A stretch of 63,865 bases of DNA, the filler included, from Octopus bimaculoides (Eukaryota), in NCBI RefSeq assembly GCF_001194135.2. It is 5 parts of 4 records of this genome, joined end to end, with 100 filler letters (N's around TTAATTAATTAA, not from the genome) between each part and the next. Parts side by side here need not be neighbours in the genome. Positions count along the whole stretch, not along the records: positions 26,458 to 55,365 come from NC_068982.1; 4 more parts are not named here. One strand, given 5' to 3'. The position numbers and the translations under genes are program-made. Shown here piece after piece: positions 37,031 through 50,760 of the stretch (position 1 is the first letter of the stretch; each line of letters begins with the position of its first letter). Under the pieces are notes generated by a model, which made no database searches, was not told the DNA's origin, and saw only the letters and a list, made by a program, of their open reading frames with translations.

Positions 37031-37708
37031 NNNNNNNNNNTATATATACAATATTTACACTATTTACATTTGACGGATATTTGTCCTCATCTTGTTTGTT
37101 GTTAACACAATGTTTCGGCTGATACACCCTCCAGCCTTCGTCAGGTGTCTTGGGAAATTTCGAACCTGGTTCTCATTTCAAACGATGTTACTATTATTAT
37201 TATTACTATTATTAATCAGGTCGCTGCCGTGAATCGAACTCGGAATCTTGGTGTTAGTAGCCCGCGCTCTTAACCACTACGCCTTATTTTGAGGGTAGAA
37301 GAACATCGCAAAGCTGTGACACGAGGAGATATTGATAAATCGGGTATAGCTGATCATGTATGGCAAAATGGAGACCACCTCCCCCTGTGGGATGAAGTTA
37401 AAATAATAGACAGGGAACAATACTGGAAAATACGAAAACTAAAAGAAGCAGCACATATGCTAGGACACAACAACCTAGTGCAGATATGAATAGCATATGG
37501 GAACCGGTATTGAGGAAGGATAGAAAAATAATAGATTTATAAGCCCTAAAATTCACTCTATAATTGCCCACGGGCATATGGCGTAGTGGTTAAGAGCGCG
37601 AAGCTACTAACCCCAAGATTCCGAGTTCGATTCACGGCAGTGACCTGATTAATAATAGTAATAATAATAATAATATAATAAAAGTACCATCGTTAGGAAT
37701 GAGAACTG

Positions 37709-37710
<2 letters not shown>
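37031..37710 (+). mobile_element. Penelope-like element: inverted pseudo-LTR, GIY-YIG C-terminal fragment, truncated pseudo-LTR
   Basis: LRVEEHRKAVTRGDIDKSGIADHVWQNGDHLPLWDEVKIIDREQYWKIRKLKEAAHM../DMNSIWEPVL (37289-37542). Inverted arms at 37169-37283 and 37580-37706. HHR on the minus strand at 37104-37149. Confidence 0.9.
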
Positions 37711-37739
<29 letters not shown>

Positions 37740-37769
37740 GCACATATTTGGTGTTTGTAAGCATGGTAT

Positions 37770-37990
37770 TCATTGATATTGATCTAAAATTTTGGCAGAG
37801 GGCCAGCAATCTCGGGATAGAGATAAGTCGATTAGTCGACACCAGTACACAACTAGTACATATTTTATCGACCCCGAAATGATAAATGGCAAAGTTATCC
37901 TCGGATGAATTTGAACTCAGAGCATAAAGATGAACGAAATGCCGCTAATCACTTTTCCCGGTGCTGCAACGATTCTGCCAACTTATCGCT
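37770..37990 (-). mobile_element. SINE family C, diverged
   Basis: ..tatcgaccccgaaatgataaatggcaaagttatcctcgg..aacgattctgccaact. Confidence 0.75.
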
Positions 37991-39647
37991 TATGATATTC
38001 ATTGATACTAAAATATAGAATTGTTAGTTTAATCTCCGGAAGCAAAAATGTTGAAGATTTGCACATTTTGTGTTCAGAAATAAACAGCTTCTGCAATGTG
38101 GTAAGATTTAAACAAATAAAATATTGAAGATATATTGTGTAGATAAATAAAAACTAATTCACTATAATGTAAAGAGTAAAAGCTAATATTGCACTAACTT
38201 AAAAATATACAATAATATAAGCGAGAAACCTCTCATTATTATAAGTCACATGAAAAACGAAGAAAACAACTGTTAAGAATAACATTCTGACAGAGTCGAT
38301 TTATCATATTAAAATAACATCGTTGATTATTCTTATTTTGAGCTTAATCTCAAAACCGGACTGGTTTTAAAATCTTAAAGTAAATGGATGAAAATTTTAA
38401 ATAAAAACTATTAAGTAACCAGTCTATTTGTTTATTAAAGTCAGAAATATTTATAATTTTGGAAACAGTAGAAATGCATGCCTATATTCATATGTGTATA
38501 TATATATATATATATATATGCGTGCAGGAATATGTGTATATGGGAACATACATATGCACACAGACAGACAAACACACACACACTTGTACATACATACACA
38601 TACACACACATACATACGCACACATATACACAAATATGCATACATACGCAACACCTACACACATAGAGGTAAAATGAACAATTCATATTATTAAGATGTG
38701 AAGGAAATACGACGTTGTGTACATGAATAAGTCAGAGGTTAAGCAAATTGCTTTCTCTTTTAGAATGGAAAAAATAATCGAATCACTCTTATTCTATTCT
38801 GTCTTACCAAAATAGCATAGGACATATATACATCTGAGTATTGAACGAAATGATTAAAATTTACCTGCGATTTATACCTATTTTATTTGTGGTATTCTAG
38901 AATAAATAGTAAACACCGCATAGTAAACAAACTATTAATAACTTCACTATTCATCCACCATACACTTACATGCTTATAATACGTACATACACACATACAT
39001 ATATAATATACACATATATAAATNNNNNNNNNNNNNNNNNNNNNNNNNNNNNNNNNNNNNNNNNNNNNNNNNNNNNNNNNNNNNNNNNNNNNNNNNNNNN
39101 NNNNNNNNNNNNNNNNNNNNNNNNNNNNNNNNNNNNNNNNNNNNNNNNNNNNNNNNNNNNNNNNNNNNNNNNNNNNNNNNNNNNNNNNNNNNNNNNNNNN
39201 NNNNNNNNNNNNNNNNNNNNNNNNNNNNNNNNNNNNNNNNNNNNNNNNNNNNNNNNNNNNNNNNNNNNNNNNNNNNNNNNNNNNNNNNNNNNNNNNNNNN
39301 NNNNNNNNNNNNNNNNNNNNNNNNNNNNNNNNNNNNNNNNNNNNNNNNNNNNNNNNNNNNNNNNNNNNNNNNNNNNNNNNNNNNNNNNNNNNNNNNNNNN
39401 NNNNNNNNNNNNNNNNNNNNNNNNNNNNNNNNNNNNNNNNNNNNNNNNNNNNNNNNNNNNNNNNNNNNNNNNNNNNNNNNNNNNNNNNNNNNNNNNNNNN
39501 NNNNNNNNNNNNNNNNNNNNNNNNNNNNNNNNNNNNNNNNNNNNNNNNNNNNNNNNNNNNNNNNNNNNNNNNNNNNNNNNNNNNNNNNNNNNNNNNNNNN
39601 NNNNNNNNNNNNNNNNNNNNNNNNNNNNNNNNNNNNNNNNNNNNNNN

Positions 39648-39693
<46 letters not shown>

Positions 39694-39798
39694 CATACAT
39701 ACATACATACATACATACATACATACATACATACATACATAATACATACATACATACATACATACATACATACACATATACATACATATGTATATGTA

Positions 39799-40018
39799 AA
39801 AGGGTGTACTGAAAAGTTCCCAGCTTTATGGCTGTCACGAAAGGCTTGGAAGCAGGAGGCTCAATCTTCCGGATTCTTTTACAGGGCTTAGAAAAACTGA
39901 AGGACCACTGTGCAATATGTGTATGAATCTGAGAGGAGAGTATGTTGAATGAAATTATAATAAACTGATCTTTTTGTAATTTTGTACCCAAACCCAGAAA
40001 CTTTTCAGCAGCACCACG
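39799..40018 (+). mobile_element. Non-autonomous mariner (TIR, transposase C-terminus, TIR)
   Basis: gggtgtactgaaaagttc .. gaaacttttcagcagcaccacg; encodes FFLQGLEKLKDHCAIC/NLRGEYVE*. Confidence 0.75.
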
Positions 40019-40589
40019 TGTTTTTATATCTTTATTCAGTTTTATTTCAAGATTTCTTGGTAATAGACTGAGAGCTGGATTCTAACCTAGATCTAGTGTC
40101 CTTCTTTGGAATTTCAACATCAACAACAGGGTATATTTTTTCTACGTATATATGTATGTTGTATGTATGAATGTGTATATATATATATATATATACATAT
40201 ATATACATATATATATATATATGTATATATATATAATGTTTATATACCAAAAATATTTTATAACATTTTTCTAACATTTTTCTGACATAATCTAAATATA
40301 TATACTGTAACCAGGTAACACAGGCCTTCTGTAGTTTTTTCACTCTTANNNNNNNNNNNNNNNNNNNNNNNNNNNNNNNNNNNNNNNNNNNNNNNNNNNN
40401 NNNNNNNNNNNNNNNNNNNNNNNNNNNNNNNNNNNNNNNNNNNNNNNNNNNNNNNGTAGGTTATAGAATATAGAATATATAGTATATATAGTAAAATGAA
40501 ATGAAGAATTGAATGTCTAATTGAATAAATGAAATATTGAATATTAAATATTGAAGGACTAGTATACTTTCCTGCTTTCTAGCAGTCTT

Positions 40590-40865
40590 CAAGGTCCCAT
40601 GTGAATTCGATCAACGGAACAATCTGCTCGTGAAATTAATCTGCAAGTAAGTAAACATTGCAGGGACATATGTATCATTAACGTAGTTCTCAGAGAGAGA
40701 TACAGCCTGACAGAAGGTGTGACAACGCTGGCCCTTTGAAATACAGATACAACTCATTTTTGCCAGGTGAGTGAACTGGAGCAACGTGAAATAAAATATC
40801 TTGCTCAATGACATTACACGGCGCCGGGGAATTGAAATCACGACTTTAAAATCGTAAGCCGAAAA
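40590..40865 (-). mobile_element. tRNA-derived SINE family F
   Basis: Minus strand gatttcaattcccggc..ttgagcaagatattttatttcacgttgctccagttcactca. Its 3' end (ttaatttcacgagcag..gttccgttg) is shared with family E. Confidence 0.7.
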
Positions 40866-41515
40866 TACTAGCAATATGTATAATATATATATTGTAAAAA
40901 CTTACTGTTGACAAAGGCTGCGTGGCGTCCAATTATTCAATAAATGAAAAATTACACATTATGGACAGGACATCACCAAGGAGTGAAAAATATCGAGAGG
41001 TGACAGAAATGACGTCCGGCTGGCTGGCCGTCCGATCCAGAGAAGACAGAGTGACAAAAAATGGTCTGTACTCAGGTGTGAGCAACAGGCAGACGTCATT
41101 TCTCTCGCCTCTCGATTTCTTTTTTCTCTTCTACTATTTATTCTATATCCTTTGAAATATTCTTCCCAGCCGTTAACCATTATAATTCGTCTTGGCCTAA
41201 CAGCCCTAAATCTTTGTCCTCGTCGATTGTTTGTTCCTGTATGCCCACTTTAGTCTCTTTTGTTCGTTCGAAGCCCTAACACTGCTCAAATTTTATATTT
41301 TAAAAAATTTCTGCATGCTACTGTCTTGTCGTTACAAGCACGAAACAGGGAGTAATATCACAGTCGACAACTGAAGAAACGTTAGACTTCATTTGGTATT
41401 TTGTCCTGTACTTATTTCTCGATGTGTTTTTCGTTTTTTTTAACACGTTGGTGATATCCTATTCTTAATGTGTATGTTTTCATTTATTTGTATATGTATA
41501 TATATATACATATAT

Positions 41516-41549
<34 letters not shown>

Positions 41550-44440
41550 GTATATACACACACGCTCACATAGGGTTGTATGTGTATGAGTATGAATGTA
41601 TTCATATTTGTGTGTTTGTGTGCGCTTGTATGCGCGTATCCCAGAGTTTGTCTGTCTACACCCAATATATAAGTATATACACATGTGTGTGTGTGTGTGT
41701 GTGTATATGCTTGTGTGTGTGCGTGCGCGCGCGTGTTTGTATGAGATATTTCTAAGTGTGGTGTTGAAGGTTGTGAAGAGAGTATGATATTTTATGAAAA
41801 GGTAATCGCTTGAAGCTAAGGTCTTATTTACTGCTGCATTTGTTGTAGCAACATTAGTCTGATGCCAGACGAAAACAACTGTTTCTGTGGGAGAATGCTA
41901 TACAGAAATATAATAACTAAATTTAATTCTCTATTATTTATCTACCCACATATTGTTTTCAAAAGCTGATAAAGTACGCGTTCGGTATCATAGCTTTCTC
42001 ACCGGTATTAATGGCAGCAATATAACTCATTGTAGATAATAATTATGCATCTTAACTGTGGTAGGTCTTTAGCCATAAAGCAAAATAAAGAACAGTTTTC
42101 GCAGTATAGAATTTAAATACTTTTGAATAATAATATTACTTAAACAATAACTGCTTTGGTTTTGACATTTATCTAATTTAGTAAAAAGTGCTTATTAATT
42201 AAGCCACGAAACGTAGTTTTTCGAAGTAACAGGAAAGAATATAATTTCAAAGTCATTTGAACCGACGACCGCTGAAAATACTGCCGTCGATCTGTTTCAT
42301 AAACTGCTAATTACATCATCAATTAAAACATCGTGTTCTGTATTGTATATTTAAGAAAATTGACTTAGCTCAATTTAGTAATTTGCTGTAAAAATTTTAT
42401 CTCTAATATCCACAATTATTATCACACATGCTCAGTATCATAGTTTATCTAAAAGAGCAATACTACAAGGTTTAAATAGATTGCTATATGATGACAGAAT
42501 ACTGAGATCACTGTTAATGAGGCGGAAGCAGTAAATTACTAAACATGATAAAAATCCTAGTGTAACAAAATTGATGAGTTCAGGTTCAAAGAGAACACGA
42601 TAGTTTAATTACCAAATGAAGCCCCAAGAAGGCGATTAATAAATTTGGAGAACAGAATTCAATATGGAAGCAACAAATCTTGAAAGATGTTTAGCATATA
42701 TACTTGTAGTTCGTTATTGGAACTCTTTTCTGAAGAAAGCTGATTATTCCCTAGTAAATTTAGTCCATAATTAATGCAAATGTCAGATAAATAGCTTATA
42801 GATTTATAATGCCATATATAGAGAGACATAGAAACGAGATAGAAAATGTTGGTTCCTTGTATTGTAAACTAAGCAAAAAAGCTGTAGTGTCTTCTCATCC
42901 TGAACACATAAGAATGTGATATTGCAATTTCTTATGGACTACTTTTAGTTCAAGTAACCTGATGTTTAAGTGAATATAATCTTAATTTGTGGTGGCCTGT
43001 GCTTATTTAAATTCAGTTGGTGTTTACAATTTATATACTGGAAAAATGATTTAAAATTTATTTCGATTTCTCTTGGACAGTATATTACGATTTCCCGTAC
43101 ATAACTGCAATCTGATTATCTCGCTTATTCTCAGTATAAGTGACTCCATCAGTGACAAAAATTGCTACGCGGTCTTGGAGTGAGACACATAACAACAATT
43201 ATGAGACCATTATTTTAAACACTTGCTTGTACACGTTTGAATATAAATTACACAAATCTAAGAACAAAATCGTGTTTAGCTGGAACCACTAGTAATTAAT
43301 GTTTTGTCGGCTCTATTCACTAAGCATGGATCTTTTTTATAAGCATTTAATTTAATTATTCATATAATTAATTCTTCGCAATGCCGCTAGAATCAAAACA
43401 AAAACGTATATATTCATTCTCAATGCGTCAAACCATATGTGTTCGTAATATACGTGCTTCATTAATGCAATTAGACTTTGAGAGAACGCGGTTTGTTATG
43501 AATATTCGTCGTCTACTTTAAGATGTTCTTCGATGACAAAATATAACGGCAAATATCATATTCACCTTTAAATATGCAGACGGTATTTAGAATGAATAAT
43601 TATATTATTGTTGGATGCTCGCTGTTCCTTGTGTACTTTATAAATAACTATCAGTTTGGAAGGTATCAGCACGGTTTAGAAAGTATTTTGAGTTACTGAC
43701 TTGTAGGCGCAAGAGCTACTATTCTTGATAGATCATTGACCTGGAGTAGCTTTAACTGAAGAGACACAAAATATGTTCGAAAAATTGCGGTTTCTCAAAA
43801 CCCATTTTCTTAAAATAAATGGCATTGTCTAAAAGACGGAAATGTTCTCCAATGGCCAAATGCAATACCGATTAGAATATTCACGTGTGGATCTGCTAAA
43901 ACGCATTATGAATAAATAAGATAATTTATTATTTATACTAATAATGCATGTTTAATCATCAAGGGTTGAGAGCTTTGAGCAAGTGTGTGTCTGTGTGAGT
44001 GCTAATGTGTGCATCCGCGAAAGTATCTTAGTGTCTATGAATGTATTTATAAAATGCTTGTCGGCAGAACTCATATTATGTACGATTGCTGTGTAGGTTA
44101 ATGGATGTGTGACACATACGGGAATAAGGAGTGGGCATTAAATTCTCTAAAGTAATAATATGCATTTAATACTATAGTTCTCTGAATTATGTCGTTTATA
44201 GAGATGATACAACTTTGAAAGAAATTATTCTTGATGAGTAATCTGAAATTATTTATTGGAAGTCTCCTATTTGAAACGAGGTAAAGTTATTTCAAAATTC
44301 AAGGAGATGTATTTATTCATGTAGAAATTAATTTGACATTCGAATTCGGAAGATTTTTTTTTTAAATCTCCACTGCCTATATTAACCCATGTCAGAAAAA
44401 CGCATACATTGTCCATTATCAAAGAGGCTCGCACAGACCA

Positions 44441-44473
<33 letters not shown>

Positions 44474-45594
44474 AGATTGATTTTCCCATTCCTACTTAAA
44501 ATTCATATCAGAAACATTATTTTCGAAACGTTGAAGGATGTTCAGAAAACTGCTTTTGGCAAGTCCCGAATTCAAAAATAAAAACCTATAACTCAAACAT
44601 AGAAGCTGCTCATTGTCAAATTTCCACCATTTAAATTAGTCGTCATTCTATAGTTCTCTCGTCAAGCGCCTGTAAACTGAAACTTATCATTTCCAAATGT
44701 GTTTTGTGAGACTTCACGTGATGTTTAATAAATAAATAAATAAATTTACTAAAAATAAAATTATAAGGCTATGAGTTGGTTGCCGAGAAATCTGTAGAAT
44801 GCTTAGTCGTCCGTTGGCATAAAGTTTTCGCAAGCTGCTGGAAATAAAATCGAATTTTCCATGAAGTCTTCTGCTTGCCATCGGGCGTCTGCATGTATAT
44901 TCCCAAAGGGCATTTTATAGATCAAAATAAAATTCATTAAATTATATACAAGGCTTTTCGACATCATATGCCCCGAAACTCCTCTCTTCACACGCTAACC
45001 AGCTCGCACACACGCACGCCTTCCGCTTACATATACATCTATATTATATGAGTATGCTTGTGGGTACGTCAGTGTTTCTGTCTCTATAAATGTGCATATA
45101 TGCAAAAATATGTATATTTATACTCATGCGTATATATCTGAATATAGAAACACCCAAAAGTCAACAGCCTACATACAGTTTCTCCCCATGAAGAATTGCT
45201 TTGTTAGAATAAAGTGGTTGTGGTTTCCATAATGTTGTGCTCACTTGTGTGAGCCGATAACTATCTGTAACAACTAATTCAAAGTTGAAACGATTATAAT
45301 ACAAAGTTTATTGTGGAGATGTGTATATGTATGAATGGAATATGAATGAAATAAAGCTTAAACATATTTATGATTGGGTTATGTCTGCATAAATGATGTT
45401 GTTAGACGAAATATAAATTTAACTGCAAGTAATTTCTTCTACATCACTATCGTGAGCAACACAACCCAGAAGGAATTTCCGAGTAGTAACTCAATTTTTG
45501 TTATAATAAACATGTCTTTCCATATTGAGCTGTATCTCAGGAAATACTTGTATTTTTGATATACTAGACAACGCTTACATAGTCACGCGCACAC

Positions 45595-45640
<46 letters not shown>

Positions 45641-46811
45641 ACATCTTTCTGTGTGCCTGTCTGTCTGTATATATGTATGCGCGCGCGCGTGTGTGTGTGT
45701 GTATGCATTGTTTTAGATTTTTGTTTGAGATTTTCTATCACTGCATCGCAGCAAAACAGGTTTATCACACTGAAAGCGTTACATATACCTATTTTATATG
45801 TGGCATTTATGTTATGGGTATTTGCAGATGCGTACAATACTGAGACATAAATAAACTAAATCCAGTTGTCAAAATGTGAAAGACAAACAAAACAATTCAG
45901 ACACACACTACCGTTTCCCCTTTTTATTTGTCTGTCTGGCTCTCTTTCTGTCGGCCTGTCTGCCTATCTTTCTGTGTCCCTGTTTTTTGCTTCAGTTTCT
46001 ATCTTTCTGCTTCGGCTGTCTCTTATGAAAACACAAACATATATGTATATATGTAGGAAAATTACCGAGAAAAAAAGCATGAAAAAGTTGAAAATGCATC
46101 AAAAGTTTCTTACATATTGTGTAATTAAAATAAGTTTACTTTTTAAATTAAGTGGAAAATACATTGTTTTATGCGTTTATATATAGGGAAAATAGAACTA
46201 CTGAGATACATTTTCACAAAATAAAATTACCCGTAGCATAATTCAACTGAAATCATACTAGTATACGTATTCCTAAGTCGAGTTTAGCATATATAATTTA
46301 TAATATTATTACAAATTTGGGATTTTACCAATAGAGCCGCAACTGCTATTTGGGGATAACCTAACTGTATGGAATACACATAGAAATTTATATCCAATAA
46401 AATAATATAAGCATTTAAAAAAAACTACTATAAAATACGATAAAATTATTTTTTAAAATATTTGAAAAATATATATAACTTACCTGTTATTAGTCTGTGG
46501 GGAACTGAGATAGTTTTAATCAGCGCTACAATGTTCCTGCGCTATTGGAGTGTTTATCAAGGCTATACCTAATAAATCCATCAGTGCATCCTCAGGCGAT
46601 TTATCTTATTGTTATCATTATTAACAGATCAAAGTTAAACTACATATTATAAATCATATTAAATAGAAAAATAAGAATATGAATACAAATAAAATTAAAA
46701 TATATACATTACAAGTATGTTTTTTTTAATTAAAAAACAAAAATTCTTAAAATTTAAAAAATTAAATACCTAAAATTACAATACCAATATATATAGAAAA
46801 TGCTAAACCTA

Positions 46812-47460
46812 AGGAAACGAAATTATTCTTATAAAGGCCCTTATATATGCTATGAGAAAGGTTAAGATTGCATATGATGAAGTTAAAATAGGACTAACAA
46901 CGACGAAATCCCTAATTAGATATAAAAATAAACTACGGGCTAGGAAGGATACAAGGATTTGCTTTGATATATCCATAGGTGTCCCAGACTCTGAGCAAAT
47001 AACAGATTTAGTAGGAATATGCTTATTACGTGAACTTGGGTTAGAACATCTTAACATAGAAGGAGGTCATTATACGGACGACCTACTCCTTATAACTAAA
47101 AACTGCACTAATAAATAGATCTTTAGAAAATAGAAAGAAAAAAAAACTATACAAATTCTTTAAGAAGTATGGCGTAGATATATTTATAGAGAAAGAGCAT
47201 TTTGTGGTTAACTACCTAGATGCAAACCTAAAGTTAGTAACTAATAAAACCCAACCATTCTATAAATTAAGCGAGAACCTTAAGTACATTAATCCCCATA
47301 GCAACCATCCTAGCTCAGTCAAAAAAAGCACTAATAGAAAATATGGGTAAAAGAATTTCTATGTTACCCTAGGATATGGATACTTCAATTATAGTGCATT
47401 AAATAGTGCATTACTATAATAGTGCATTAAAAGAAGCAGGATATAATATGAAAGTTTAAT
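46812..47460 (+). mobile_element. Penelope-like reverse transcriptase, degraded
   Basis: ILIKALIYA..FDISIGVPDSEQITDLVGICLL..GGHYTDDLL (YTDD at 47071-47082), FFKKYGVDIFIE..VVNYLDANL..LKYINPHSNHPSSVKK/ALIENMGKRISML..YNSALKEAGY. Stops and frameshifts present. Confidence 0.85.
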
Positions 47461-47759
47461 TCTTTGATAATTAGGGACCCAATAATAATACTAGTAACCA
47501 TCTTAACATTCAAATCAACAAAAACTGGTACTCAGGTTCACGTTCGTCTTCGTCTGGCAATTGAGATCCAGAATGGATCTATTCTGGATTTCAACAGAAT
47601 GACGAATAGGAACGTGAAACTCTGAATAGCAGTTTTTTTTTTGTGGTATTTTTGTGATGCTTTTGCAGATTTAATAATAAAGCATATTACTCTAGCTCCG
47701 GTATTCGAGTACTGTTTTTCCCACCTTGTTTCATGTTTATGTGCATATTCTGGTATATA

Positions 47760-47945
47760 TACACACCACCGCTTGACAACACCTGCTGATGTATTTACGT
47801 CACTGTATCTTAGCAGTTTCAATAAAGGATTCGATAGAAAAAGTACAAGGCTTACAAAAAAAGGCTTGAACCATTAGACTGAAAATTCTTCAACGTGGTC
47901 CCCCAGCATGGCCGCAGACTAATGACTGAAACAAATAAAAGGCAA
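47760..47945 (+). mobile_element. SINE family D, 3' half
   Basis: accgcttgacaac..cagcatggccgcagactaatgactgaaacaaataaaa. Confidence 0.75.
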
Positions 47946-48076
47946 AAACATAATATATATGTGTGTATACATATACAACCATATATATATATTCTTCTTC
48001 TTATTATTATTATTATTGTCGTTGTTCTTGTTGTTCTCCTTCCTTTTCTTCTTTTTCTTTTTCTCCTTCTTCTTCA

Positions 48077-48152
<76 letters not shown>

Positions 48153-49431
48153 AAGCTTGTGCAGGCTAATCTAATTAGCAGGATGTTTATCTGGAGGTTT
48201 GTTAGCAACAATTCTCCTCAATCTCAAGAATCTTTGTTAAAATTCTTAGAAAATACAGGGTGGCGCACATGCTTGTATTGCAACTACCATCATATCGTTT
48301 TTCTGATGGAACAAGTAGTATCGTAATTCTTATTATTATTTTAATCATAATTAATATTATTAGGATTGTAGTTGCTACTGTTTCAACACGTCCCAGGTTA
48401 CGTATGGCTGTGTTTCTGCTTGTCTTATACTACAATGATGGTTCAAAGATCAGGTGCAGTGGAGTAAGAAAGCATGATTGGAGAACTGTCCTACCCTTTG
48501 ACTTAGTTTCGTGTGTTGACATTTACGTTTTATCTCTCTATCTATCTATCTATCTATCTATCAACATCTACACACGCGCACACATGCTCACACACATGCA
48601 CACACGAACACACACGCGCATATATACATATATAAAATATATGTATGTATATATGTATGTATGTAGTTATGTATGTATTTACGTGTGTGTATATATAAGT
48701 ATCAGCCTAATCATCTGTAACATTTCACAATACTTTGGTAATCTTGTACCAAATTGAAAAATCAATATTCTTGAAATGCTTGTTTTTAATTAACTATATG
48801 TTTTGTATATTGATGAATATCATTTCACATTTTTACGCATCTTTCGGCGAATTAAATTCTATAAATTTTAACGTATTTTCTTTTAAAAAAATTTATGCAA
48901 ATAATTTTGTTTCTCCTTAAGATTCTTTATAAATATCTATATCTAATTTCTAACATAATATTTGAAAAATTCTCCCGTCATGCATGACAAATTCCTATAG
49001 CATTTCGTGATGTTTTCTACGAACAATTCCTATTTAAATCACGGTTTTATTTACCACATGCAGCTTAAATTATCTATATTTTTAAATAGTATTCTATAAG
49101 TAGTTTTAATCTTCATCAGTCTGAATAGAATAGTATAGATTTAGATTACTATCAAGTAATCGTGTTCACGAAAATGAATCATAACTAATGTTAAAGATGT
49201 GTACATTTTTTTTTCTTAATTAACGTTTGAAAAATTTTAAACAGAAGTTTAAATCATAGATGTAATGCAAATTATTATTCATAATAGGAAGGATCGAGTA
49301 AAAGAGCTTAGTAGTATATGTTCTCCATCTACTGAATTGTGAGTTCGAAATAATTTACATCCGACGTACACATTCATTCACAAAGTGTATGGAAAGCGAG
49401 TATTATATAATTCTTTTCTTCTTTTCTTCTT

Positions 49432-49985
49432 TTACTTGTTTCAGTCATTTGACTGCGGTCATGCTGGAGCACAGCATTTAGTCGAACAATCGACCCAAGA
49501 TCAACACTGACACAGATACAGACACAAATATATATATNNNNNNNNNNNNNNNNNNNNNNNNNNNNNNNNNNNNNNNNNNNNNNNNNNNNNNNNNNNNNNN
49601 NNNNNNNNNNNNNNNNNNNNNNNNNNNNNNNNNNNNNNNNNNNNNNNNNNNNNNNNNNNNNNNNNNNNNNNNNNNNNNNNNNNNNNNNNNNNNNNNNNNN
49701 NNNNNNNNNNNNNNNNNNNNNNNNNNNNNNNNNNNNNNNNNNNNNNNNNNNNNNNNNNNNNNNNNNNNNNNNNNNNNNNNNNNNNNNNNNNNNNNNNNNN
49801 NNNNNNNNNNNNNNNNNATATATATATATATATATATATATATACGACGGGCTTCTTTAAGTTTCCGTCTACCACATCCATTCGCAAGCCTTTGGTCGGC
49901 CCGAGGCTACAATGGCACGCTCTTGCCCAAGATACCACGGAATGGGACTGAACACAAAAACGTGTGGTTGGGAAGCAATCTTCTT
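49432..49985 (-). mobile_element. SINE family D spanning an N gap
   Basis: 3' end at 49432-49500 and head at 49845-49985; the gap lies at the internal microsatellite. Confidence 0.75.
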
Positions 49986-50039
49986 AATGTGTGAAAAAAA
50001 ATTTCTCACTTGGAAGATTATGCATTTGCAATACAAAAA

Positions 50040-50760
50040 TAGGAGATTGTTAGGAAATACCTAAACATTGAAGATTTTGTATTTCAAAGATGTAGCAGAA
50101 AATGCAGATTATATCGTATTTGTGTGTAAAACATCACAAGTAATTAAGAGCTACCCAGAAAGCCATTAAGGTACCATCTCTCTATGGGACGTTGTTACAA
50201 ATACAATATACAATGCCTTTTGGATAAAAGACTCTCCTGCAATGAATGTTGTTGAATGCAAGTACATATATCCACACAAAGAATACTAGCGAGAGGTTCC
50301 CATCAAAACACCTGGTCAAATGTAAATATAGCAGCCATGATGTTGTTTGGAACGGACAAGAAAAATTATTTATCGTCATAGAAGTCAGCTGTCCTGCTGA
50401 TGTGAATATCTCTTTGAAAATCAAAGAGGAGGATTAACATTGATAGCTGCTTCAAAACCTCTAGACTCTAAAGCTAGATCATAAAATCACATTTATAACA
50501 ATAATAATCGACGCACTTGGTTTTGTGAGTATATACTTTTGTGACAATCTGTATAAGCTAGAGTTTCCAGAAAAAGGAATCAGCTAACTAACTCGCACAT
50601 TACAAATACAATCTGGAAATGGAACAGTAAATGTATTCAAGACATTTCTCCAGTTGAAAATGCGATGTACATTTTGTTATCTATATTCCAAAGGTTTTTA
50701 CTAGAAATCAGCTCCTTGCTCAGAGGAAGATATTAGATAATTAAAAACAGAAGGGAACAC
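50040..50760 (+). mobile_element. RLE retrotransposon family A, longest copy (CCHC remnant plus endonuclease)
   Basis: KCRLYRICV.. (zinc-knuckle remnant), DVVTNTIYNAFW..EY*REVPIKT, DVVWNGQEKLFIVIEVSCPADVNISLKIKEE, TIIIDALGFV, NLYKLEFPEKGIS*LTRTLQIQSGNGTVNVFKTFLQ. Confidence 0.8.

Noticed and set aside
37575-37650. Functional tRNA gene
   Set aside because: A and B boxes are present, but the acceptor and anticodon stems do not pair properly, and the segment is duplicated as part of a PLE pseudo-LTR.
44803-44991. Protein-like minus-strand ORF or exon (also 40959-41180)
   Set aside because: No recognisable motif in any frame and no convincing donor/acceptor pair.
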